NCBI GenBank assembly: GCA_038848005.1
Contig: JAWCNZ010000005.1
Coordinates: forward strand, 1,647 to 65,646
Length of the DNA stretch: 64,000 bases
DNA from: Candidatus Bathyarchaeia archaeon
GTDB taxonomy: Archaea > Thermoproteota > Bathyarchaeia > Bathyarchaeales > Bathycorpusculaceae
Direction: 5' to 3'
Both the position numbers and the translations under genes were made by a program. The notes below the pieces were generated by a model, which searched no databases, was not told the DNA's origin, and worked only from the letters and a program-made list of their open reading frames with translations. Positions 27,168-35,003 of the stretch are shown piece after piece (within the stretch, counting starts at the first letter, position 1; every line of letters starts with the position of its first letter).

Positions 27168-27635
27168 TTAGCCTCCGAAACCTAGCCGTATGGTTCCATC
27201 AGCAAGTTTCTCAGCTGTTATGCAAGCGTTTGTGGAGTTGCTGATAAAAGTTGAAGGCTTCCAAACGGCGTTTGGACCGAGAATAACAGTGGCTTTTGCG
27301 GTTATTCCAGCGCCAACCAGCCTAAACGTTAATTCCAAAAGCTTACTTGCATTTAATGGTTTGAGAGTTGCATTTCCAACATAATGATGATTTTCTATGA
27401 ACGGTGGAACATCCAAATTGTGTCTTACATTGTCGGCGGTTACAGCAGTGTGGTTCAAAGCAAAATACAATTGTTGTATGCTGCTTCCAATGTGGCTTGT
27501 AACTTCCTGAAGCGCCAGCGTCCTCCGTGAATCAATCCATACGTTCATAAGCAAACTTGCAGATAAAGGAAAAAGGAAAATCTGCAAAATCAAAACTGGA
27601 AGCAAAATGACATATTCAATGGTTATGTGAGGCAT
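27168..27635 (-). CDS. TadE-like pseudopilin (155 aa)
   Basis: MPHITIEYVILLPVLILQIFLFP resembles the bacterial TadE/TadF N-terminal motif (xxxEFALVLPVLLL). AGGAGG lies 8 nt upstream of the ATG. Confidence 0.55.
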   Translation of the reverse strand: MPHITIEYVILLPVLILQIFLFPLSASLLMNVWIDSRRTLALQEVTSHIGSSIQQLYFALNHTAVTADNVRHNLDVPPFIENHHYVGNATLKPLNASKLLELTFRLVGAGITAKATVILGPNAVWKPSTFISNSTNACITAEKLADGTIRLGFGG

Positions 27636-27648
27636 TCACCGCTCCTCC

Positions 27649-28473
27649 TTAAACCCTCCCCAACGAAACCATCACTTCACCCACGTAAAACTCAACAACA
27701 CCGCCGCCCGTTGGCACAGTCACTGTTTCGTTGACGAAGTTGAAGAAAAACTTGTCAAATCCGAGGCTTTCGTTCGGAAAAGAAACACGTAAAACAACGT
27801 TGGCAACGTTTCCCGCTGTTTTAACTGAAATTTTTTTTCCAGTAAGCGTTATACGCTGCGAAAGACGTGGAGAAGTTCCATTCGAGAGAACAGGCAAATA
27901 GAATTTGTAATTTGTCGTTGTAGTCTTCAAAACTCTTATCGTTGGGACGATGACAACCCTAATGAAATTTCCATCGTACATAGGCAATTTTTCAACGACA
28001 TACACATAGCTGACAGGCGCCGACGTTCCATTGTTAAGGAAAGACCTGCTTGAGGGGTAAACGCTTCTGTAATAGTTGTTTCCAAGCGAGTAGCAGCTTA
28101 GCGGCATGTTGAATAGGAGTATGCCCGTAGTGAAGTTCCACCATTCGCCGTTCACGTAAACGCTGTAGTTTAAAACTTTAGTTTCAAAGTTCACATATCC
28201 ATACTTGCTTGCGTAACGGATTGTCCGCGTGCTTCCGGGAATCCACGCTACATCGTCTATTTGAAGCCCAACGTTCTGCATAAACTGTTCCATGGCGCTG
28301 AACTCGTTTTCAGCCATCCGCAAATTTAAAAAGTTGTTTGCAAAAACGATTGTTACAAGCAAGAGCACCACAACAGCGCCCGTCAATATTGTTGTTGAAA
28401 TTGCTGGACTAACAGCTTTCGTTTCTCTCCTCAAATTTTTATGTGGTGAACGTTTAAGCTTCAAATTTTCCAC
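27649..28473 (-). CDS. Archaeal type IV pilin-like protein (274 aa)
   Basis: RRETKAVSPAISTTILTGAVVVLLLVTIVF is a class III signal peptide. Confidence 0.7.
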   Translation of the reverse strand: MENLKLKRSPHKNLRRETKAVSPAISTTILTGAVVVLLLVTIVFANNFLNLRMAENEFSAMEQFMQNVGLQIDDVAWIPGSTRTIRYASKYGYVNFETKVLNYSVYVNGEWWNFTTGILLFNMPLSCYSLGNNYYRSVYPSSRSFLNNGTSAPVSYVYVVEKLPMYDGNFIRVVIVPTIRVLKTTTTNYKFYLPVLSNGTSPRLSQRITLTGKKISVKTAGNVANVVLRVSFPNESLGFDKFFFNFVNETVTVPTGGGVVEFYVGEVMVSLGRV

Positions 28474-28475
28474 TC

Positions 28476-30170
28476 CTAACCAAACTTTATAAATATGGGC
28501 ACAAGCTCAGCAGCTAAAGCGGCAATTATCACCAATATCGACGCATGTTTAAAGCCAGCCGCTATGGATTCCTCACTTATTTTTCCAGCCACTATACCTA
28601 TCAAATAGCTGTGGAAAATGGCTGAAGTGACAAACGTGGTTATCATTGGACTCAAATCTTTTTGTTGTCCAGTTGCAGCCACGCCTAAAGTGCCAGAGGT
28701 GAATCCAATCATCATTGTTGTTGTCGCCACAAGCAAAATCGCAGCGAAATAGGGCATCAAAATGTATGGGCGCACAGCCATTTTCTTTTCCTTTTCAACT
28801 TCCTGCGTTAAATTGTTAAATCTCGCCAGTGATTCAATCATGGCTATTGTGCCGCCGCCTACGTCTATGGTTTCAACAAGCAGGAACATGACGATTTGAG
28901 CCATCCAACTTCGCATTCGCTTGACAAAATCCATTATTACTTTCCGCGCGGGAACACCCCAAGAAATTTCTGAGCTTATTTTACGCAGTTCCTTGCTGAA
29001 CTCGCCGTAATCACGGTTTGAAAGGCTTTCAATGCATTTTTCAGGGGATAAACCCGTCTTTCTAACTTCTGTTAAGTCTCTTAGGAAACTGTTTATGCCC
29101 CGTTCAATGCTTTCCTTTTTCTTTGAAAGTTTAGCGTGAACCACAGCGGCTGGCGCCGTCGCAACAAAAAGCGCTATGGCTATTGCTATTGGCAACTTGA
29201 CAGCGTTTTGACTGAAAAATGGAATTTGCCCGTATCCCATAAAGTTCGTCATCAACAGAAACAGTATTATGGCGATTATGCTGCAAACTCCGAAAACCTT
29301 GTAGGGACGCATTTCCACAACTGGACTTTTGGGCTGCATGCTGTGGGCTAAATAAATGAACATCAACGAAAGCATAGGCGTAAACAAGTAAGTGTATAAG
29401 ATTATGCCGGAAAACGATGAGATGCCGACGCTGTAGATGGATTCTACACTGAAAAGTATGTAAAAGCAAAGCGACATCAAAACCATCACGATTATGAAGG
29501 TTTCCAAGAGCATGCCGAGCCTTTCAGCTGCAGCCTTAACACGCAAAGCCCTAGTTTTAAAAATGTCCTCAGCTTTTCTTTCAAGGAAATGTCCGATGTC
29601 TCCGCCTATGATAACTGTTGAAGCGTAACCGGAAAGAAAGTCCCTGTAAATGTCAAGCGGGTTTTTCTTGGCGGCGTTTTCTATGGCTGTAAGCGGGTCT
29701 ATCCCGAAAATTTCCACGTCCTTTAGGATTTCTCTTGCTTCGCTTCGCATGGCAGGCATCAACTCGACTTCGGCAAGCCGCTTAAAACTTGTGTAGGGCG
29801 CTATGCCCCCAGAAGCCATAACGCTAATGTAAGCAGCTGCAAAGGGCATTTCCCTTTCCAGGTTGCTCGCCCTTTCGCCAGCCCGTGATATGGGTATTAA
29901 AAGGAAACCAATCATTACATAGGCTGGAAGCGGCACCAAAAAAACCAACGGCATAAAACCGTAAAGGTACACAAGCACTATGGAAACAATTGAAACTGGA
30001 GCGGTTAAAGCTGCAATAAAAAACATCAGTGAAACGTAGGTTTCAGGGTAAATTTTGATTCTCGCCCTTTCCAGATAATCCTTAAATTCGAAAACGTTTC
30101 GCAGAAACGAAGGCGCTAATTTGCCGAAAATGCGGAACGACCAAGCTTCAAGGCTTTCTAGGAGCGGCAA
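28476..30170 (-). CDS. Type IV filament platform membrane protein (TadB/TadC/FlaJ-like)
   Basis: 564 aa, polytopic, with two cytoplasmic helical blocks. Overlaps the ATPase gene by 23 nt, the invariant position for this family. Confidence 0.75.
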   Translation of the reverse strand: MPLLESLEAWSFRIFGKLAPSFLRNVFEFKDYLERARIKIYPETYVSLMFFIAALTAPVSIVSIVLVYLYGFMPLVFLVPLPAYVMIGFLLIPISRAGERASNLEREMPFAAAYISVMASGGIAPYTSFKRLAEVELMPAMRSEAREILKDVEIFGIDPLTAIENAAKKNPLDIYRDFLSGYASTVIIGGDIGHFLERKAEDIFKTRALRVKAAAERLGMLLETFIIVMVLMSLCFYILFSVESIYSVGISSFSGIILYTYLFTPMLSLMFIYLAHSMQPKSPVVEMRPYKVFGVCSIIAIILFLLMTNFMGYGQIPFFSQNAVKLPIAIAIALFVATAPAAVVHAKLSKKKESIERGINSFLRDLTEVRKTGLSPEKCIESLSNRDYGEFSKELRKISSEISWGVPARKVIMDFVKRMRSWMAQIVMFLLVETIDVGGGTIAMIESLARFNNLTQEVEKEKKMAVRPYILMPYFAAILLVATTTMMIGFTSGTLGVAATGQQKDLSPMITTFVTSAIFHSYLIGIVAGKISEESIAAGFKHASILVIIAALAAELVPIFIKFG

Positions 30171-31776
30171 CTGCTTTTACCTCCTCCCCCGCAACAACCT
30201 TTTCATAAATTTGCTGCGGTCTAGCGTAGTATTCCGCTATGATTGCAGCTACATCCCTGTAGCTTCTTATGTTGCGTTCACGCATCCAATGTAAAACGTT
30301 TCGGCGTCTCTCCATTTCTTCAAGCAGGTCTTTTTTGCTTAAGCCTTTACGCTCCTCAATTGACGCTAACATTATGCTTTCGTCAAGCGACGGTGCATGA
30401 ACGTCCTTGGCTGGTTGCCACTTAAACGGACACCGGTAATCTTCATAATCTGCAATTTCGTTAACGGTGATGACACGCCTATACGCTTTTCTTTCTGTGC
30501 CTTTTATCAGATGGACCCTCTGAACTGACAATACAATGTTCATGAGGGGAATGTAAGCTGGTGAAATATCCATGGGTTTAGAAGTTAAACGTTTGATGGC
30601 TGAATCCAGATTTTCAGCGTGCATCGTGCACATGCCACCGTGACCAGTGGCTAAAGCCTGAAACAGCACATAAGCCTCTTGACCTCGCACCTCGCCTACA
30701 ATTAATATGTCTGGACGGTGCCTCATGGAAGTTTTAACCAAGTCGAAAAGCGTCACTTCGCCAACGCTGCTTCCGCCTAAGCCGTAACTTTGTCTGGCTA
30801 TCAGCGAAACCCAGTTTTCATGCGGCAAATTAAGTTCAGCTGTTTCCTCAATCGTGATTATTTTGCTTCCAGGCCTGATTAGGCAGGCTAAAGCGTTTAA
30901 TGCTGTTGTTTTTCCAGCGGCTGTTCCGCCTAGAACCATTATGGAAGCTCTGTTTTCGAGGCAAAGCCAGAAGTACGCTGCCATTTCCTCTGAAAAAGTG
31001 CCTAGGTTTATTAAGTCTATTATGGAGTAGGGGTCCTCCCTGAATTTTCTTATGGTGAAGGCTGTTCCAAATGGCGTAACTTCACGTCTGTAGCATACCG
31101 CCAGCCGGTGCTTGCCAGGCAAAGAAGCGTCAACTATGGGGAAGGCTGAGCTTACGTGCTTTCCAGCCATGTGCACGAGCTTGACAACCATGTTGTCAAG
31201 TTCCTCGTCGGTTTCAAATTCTATGTTTGTTTCGATGCTTTCGTAGTTTCTATGCCAAACGTAAACTGGCTTGTTAACTCCGTCGCATGAAATGTCCTCG
31301 ATGTTTGGGTCTCTCATTAAGGGGTCAATTCTGCCGAAGCCTACAAGGTCTCTTTCGGCGTGATAAAGAATTTTGTACCATGAAACGTCTGGAAGCCAAC
31401 CGAGGCTTATGCGGTATTTACCAACAATTTTTCTGGCTTCTTCAGCAAAGAATTTTCTAGGGTCGACTATTTCTTCTTTTGGCGATTCTATTTCTGCAAG
31501 CAATATTTCTAAAATGCGATTGTAAACGCTTCTTTCCAACGGGTCAAGCTGTAACTCGTCTAGGATGTATTTGTATTCGCCTGTTTTTGGGTTTTGCACT
31601 ATCGCCACGTGGGCGAACGGTTCATAAAGTGGATATTTTTCGACAACTTTGAATCCTCTGGGCATTGGTTTTGGTGGAGGTGGTGGAATGGCTACTTTCT
31701 GGCGTTTTCCAATGTTGAGTTTTATCTTCACTTTTTTGAGTTTTGCTAATGTTTCTCTGAACTGCGGTTTTTTCAT
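30148..31776 (-). CDS. Type II/IV secretion-family ATPase (TadA/PilB/ArlI-like)
   Basis: Walker A GGTAAGKTT, Walker B/Asp box ILIVGEVRG, His box GHGGMCTMHA. 542 aa. Confidence 0.88.
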   Translation of the reverse strand: MKKPQFRETLAKLKKVKIKLNIGKRQKVAIPPPPPKPMPRGFKVVEKYPLYEPFAHVAIVQNPKTGEYKYILDELQLDPLERSVYNRILEILLAEIESPKEEIVDPRKFFAEEARKIVGKYRISLGWLPDVSWYKILYHAERDLVGFGRIDPLMRDPNIEDISCDGVNKPVYVWHRNYESIETNIEFETDEELDNMVVKLVHMAGKHVSSAFPIVDASLPGKHRLAVCYRREVTPFGTAFTIRKFREDPYSIIDLINLGTFSEEMAAYFWLCLENRASIMVLGGTAAGKTTALNALACLIRPGSKIITIEETAELNLPHENWVSLIARQSYGLGGSSVGEVTLFDLVKTSMRHRPDILIVGEVRGQEAYVLFQALATGHGGMCTMHAENLDSAIKRLTSKPMDISPAYIPLMNIVLSVQRVHLIKGTERKAYRRVITVNEIADYEDYRCPFKWQPAKDVHAPSLDESIMLASIEERKGLSKKDLLEEMERRRNVLHWMRERNIRSYRDVAAIIAEYYARPQQIYEKVVAGEEVKAVAAPRKP

Positions 31777-31924
31777 CGGGTTTTCTCCTATACAGTTATG
31801 ATAGGTACGGTCTATTAAATATTACGTCTCACGAAACGCAAAGCGTTAAACACATAAACAAAACATCCACCCAACCCAAACGTTGTTGTCGCAAAGTTCT
31901 CCAAAACCAACAACATTTAAACCA

Positions 31925-34591
31925 TTACTCCTCTGCCTCTTCCTCCCCACCCAAAGAAACCACAATAATTTTCAGCTTAACCAAAACAACAAACACAACA
32001 ACAATCACTATTGGAATAAGAACCAAAAGTATAGTCAGCCAAGGCAAACCCTCACTGGGCTTTTCAATTTGAGGATTCACAGTTATCGAAATCTGTTCTT
32101 CACCACTTGCATATCCAAACTTGGTTGCACTAGCCGTAATATTCACAGACAAAAACGTTGTTGTTTGCGGAGCAGTGAAAACAAACGTGCAAACACCATC
32201 TGCACCAGTCAAGTTTGCCGTTGGATAAGCCGTTCCATCAGTGCATGAAAGGCTAACTGAAGCATTAACAACAGGAAAGCCCTCGCAAATAACATAAACA
32301 GTCACAAGGACTGTTCCTTCAGAAGCGACAGACGACCGCTCAGCGGTGACTTCAACATCAAGCACTCCTGGGTTAACACCTATTTTAATCATGTTCTCCC
32401 CGTTTGCATATCCAGTTTTTGCTGCCACCGCCCAAAGCGTTATATTGCTTGGCGTGTCCACACAAGGCGCCGTGAAAGTGAAGGTTGCATAGCCATTGTA
32501 ATCGCTTAACATAAATTCAGGAGAGAAACTTCCAGCTTCTGGGATTAACGTAACATTTGCCTCTGCAACTGGACTTTCGCCATATGTCACTTGAACGGTT
32601 ATGGTTACTATTCCTTCGGAAACCGTAGCGCTGGGTTCCGCTGTCAACTGAACAAAAAGTATTCTTGGGACAACCGTTACAACAGCGTAGCCACTGCCGT
32701 CCATGTATCCACTTTTAGTTGCATTCACCGTAATAATCCCAGTAACCCCATCTTTTGTTGTTACTTGTGGCGCTGTGAAAACGAAAACGGCGTTGCCATC
32801 CGCATCCGTGGTTGCCACTGTTTTGTTAAAGTTTCCTTCGATGGTTGATGAAATTGTAACTGTAACGTTTGAAACAGGAACATAATCAAACGTCACATAA
32901 GCCTTTATGGTGGACGCTTCCTCTGAAAGTACAGTAGACGGTTCAGCGGTTACTTGAACAACAAGCGGCGGAATAACACTCAAATATTTGTGGTCTGAAC
33001 CGTCAGCAAAAGAACTTTTAGAGGCTCTTGCAATTATTCTAACATTCGTCGTTTCAGTGACGTTTGGCGCCTTAAAAGTGGCGGTGAAATAGCCGCTTGA
33101 GTTCGTCAAGCCAGAAGCGAAACTTCCACCTTTCACCGAAAGCAACGTAACGTTTGCGTTTCCGACGGCGTTTCCGCCATACGACACATAAACTGTGACT
33201 TGAACTTCCCCGTTGTAGGCTACGGTGTAACTGCTAAGGGTGAGGGACACTTGCAAAGAGGGCAAATTAGTAACATTTATCACCACGAAACTTTTAAGGC
33301 TTGAAGTGTTGAAGTCGTCCCTAACCGTTAAGCCTGCAGTGTACAGTCCAGTTAAACTGTAACTGTGAGTGAAAAGCGAAAGGGTTGTCCAGCCGCTGCT
33401 GTTTCCATCCCCAAACTCAAATAGGTACTCGTTAACTTTTCCATCATCGCTTGAGTTGGTACCCACAAAAGTGATGGGCTGATTTGGCGCAACAACAACT
33501 TTATCTGTCCAGAGAACCGCCGTCGGCGCAACATTGCTATGATTAATGGGATGGGTTAAAAAGAATATGAAATTGACGTTCGCCCCTTCTCCCTTTACGG
33601 GATTTCCTTCTCCGCGTGGATTCAAGGATTCATGGTAGGGTCCACTTGCGCTTCCCCAGTAGTTGTATGTTGCATCCACGAAAGCCCCAGACGAAACATC
33701 CACGCCAACAGCGTTACCATATATATCGTTGAAGTGTGCTGTATGTCCCGTTCCCTTCTCGTAGCAGACTCCCACATCGTTATTTATAATGTAATTTCGG
33801 GTTATGTGAGTTGCAACGTCGCTTGAAACGTAAAAGCCGTTGGCGTTCTTTGAAATTGCATTATTTATAATTATGATAGTGTCGTAAGTGCTTACATCAG
33901 AAAGCATTATTCCGCTGTGAGTGTTAAACTTTATTTCGTTATAGCTTATGTTTATTTCAGATGTTAAATCTCCAGTTAAGACTATGCCGTCTCCGTTGTA
34001 GGCTATGGAGTTTTTTGTACAGTTAACTTGTCCGCCAGCTATGAAAATTCCATTTTTAGTATTATTCACAATTTCACTGTCTTTGACAGCCACGTTGCCG
34101 CCTAAAACCGTAATTCCACTTTCAGAGTTGCACTGTACCGTGCTGTTTTGAATGTTTAAGGAACCGCTTTCCACAGTTATTCCATTTGTCCCATACTCCA
34201 CAATGCAGAACAAAAGCGAAGAATGCTGTGCGGAGTTAAACTTTATTGTTACCCAACTTCCAGCTTCTCTTTGAAGCTTGTTTGAAGCGAACTTTATGGG
34301 CTTATCCTTTAAACCCTCTGCAATAAGCCTTCCCTCAACAGTTATCGAGAAGCTTCCTCCAAAACGCACTTCAACCCCAGGCTCAATCGTCAACGTTGCA
34401 CCTTCCAAAATGGTTAAATCACCAGAAACTACAAATGGACTGTCAACAAGAGTCCACACAGTGTCCTGCACAATGGAACCTTCAACATAAGTCGCATTTA
34501 CAACAGAAACCAACGACACGTTTATAAAACTGAGAACGCTACTAAAAGTTAAAGCAAATAAAATAAATGACGCTTCAACCTTAACTTTCAT
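31925..34591 (-). CDS. Large surface protein: signal peptide, right-handed beta-helix (NosD/PbH1-like), PKD domain, four Ig-like repeats, C-terminal TM anchor
   Basis: Beta-helix repeats (NGITVESG, SGITVLGG, NGIFIAGG, DGIVLTG), the YNYWGS motif, PKD core FEFGDGNSS...HSY, and the C-terminal anchor LTILLVLIPIVIVVVFVVLV with an acidic tail. Confidence 0.7.
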   Translation of the reverse strand: MKVKVEASFILFALTFSSVLSFINVSLVSVVNATYVEGSIVQDTVWTLVDSPFVVSGDLTILEGATLTIEPGVEVRFGGSFSITVEGRLIAEGLKDKPIKFASNKLQREAGSWVTIKFNSAQHSSLLFCIVEYGTNGITVESGSLNIQNSTVQCNSESGITVLGGNVAVKDSEIVNNTKNGIFIAGGQVNCTKNSIAYNGDGIVLTGDLTSEINISYNEIKFNTHSGIMLSDVSTYDTIIIINNAISKNANGFYVSSDVATHITRNYIINNDVGVCYEKGTGHTAHFNDIYGNAVGVDVSSGAFVDATYNYWGSASGPYHESLNPRGEGNPVKGEGANVNFIFFLTHPINHSNVAPTAVLWTDKVVVAPNQPITFVGTNSSDDGKVNEYLFEFGDGNSSGWTTLSLFTHSYSLTGLYTAGLTVRDDFNTSSLKSFVVINVTNLPSLQVSLTLSSYTVAYNGEVQVTVYVSYGGNAVGNANVTLLSVKGGSFASGLTNSSGYFTATFKAPNVTETTNVRIIARASKSSFADGSDHKYLSVIPPLVVQVTAEPSTVLSEEASTIKAYVTFDYVPVSNVTVTISSTIEGNFNKTVATTDADGNAVFVFTAPQVTTKDGVTGIITVNATKSGYMDGSGYAVVTVVPRILFVQLTAEPSATVSEGIVTITVQVTYGESPVAEANVTLIPEAGSFSPEFMLSDYNGYATFTFTAPCVDTPSNITLWAVAAKTGYANGENMIKIGVNPGVLDVEVTAERSSVASEGTVLVTVYVICEGFPVVNASVSLSCTDGTAYPTANLTGADGVCTFVFTAPQTTTFLSVNITASATKFGYASGEEQISITVNPQIEKPSEGLPWLTILLVLIPIVIVVVFVVLVKLKIIVVSLGGEEEAEE
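32072..33256 (-). repeat. Four tandem protein repeats of about 95-100 aa (Ig-like) inside the 888-aa surface protein
   Basis: Recurring pattern VxVTAEPS...V...NVTL...DG.ATF.FTAP....T..I.A.A.K.GY..G across aa 446-840. Confidence 0.7.
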
Positions 34592-34765
34592 GTGTATTCA
34601 CTCCAGTCTAATCGAAATATCGCTGTACAATAACAGCTTAAACATTATGAATTTCGAATAAAACTTCAAAATCCATACTGGCAAGCGCATCTCATTTTCA
34701 CCGAAGTTCAGCGGTTAAATACCAAAAATTTAAGTTTTCAAAAGAGAAACTAAGCTGGGAGAAAG

Positions 34766-34972
34766 TTGAAACTACAAGAAATTGAGGAAGCGTTTAACAG
34801 CTTCAGAACTTGCCCTAAATGCAACTCAACACAAGGCTTTTGGCTTGGATTAAAACATGATAATGCTTACGTCCAATGTAAAGAGTGTGGAGCAAAATTT
34901 GAATTACACGAAGTCTACGTTTTTGGTGAAAAAGGCAAAACCCCTGAAAAGCTGAAATTCTTTAGAAGATAA
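34766..34972 (+). CDS. Small zinc-ribbon protein (68 aa)
   Basis: CPKC...CKEC four-Cys pattern. TTG start. The only plus-strand ORF between the surface-protein genes. Confidence 0.4.
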   Translation: MKLQEIEEAFNSFRTCPKCNSTQGFWLGLKHDNAYVQCKECGAKFELHEVYVFGEKGKTPEKLKFFRR

Positions 34973-35003
34973 AACCTTAATGACCAACAGAAAAAATGGG
35001 AAT

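Noticed and set aside
22615-31776. Interpreting the ATPase/platform/pilin operon as an archaellum (motility) locus.
   Set aside because: There is no archaellin with the conserved FlaB/ArlB domain, and no ArlH (KaiC-like), ArlF/G, ArlCDE or ArlX genes in or near the operon. The pilin-like genes are heterogeneous and very large.
31883-32248. An Asn/His/Gln-rich 121-aa plus-strand ORF at the junction of the surface-protein gene and the ATPase upstream region.
   Set aside because: It is antisense to the 3' end (TM anchor and last repeat) of the 888-aa gene. The sequence is low-complexity, with no start-site support.
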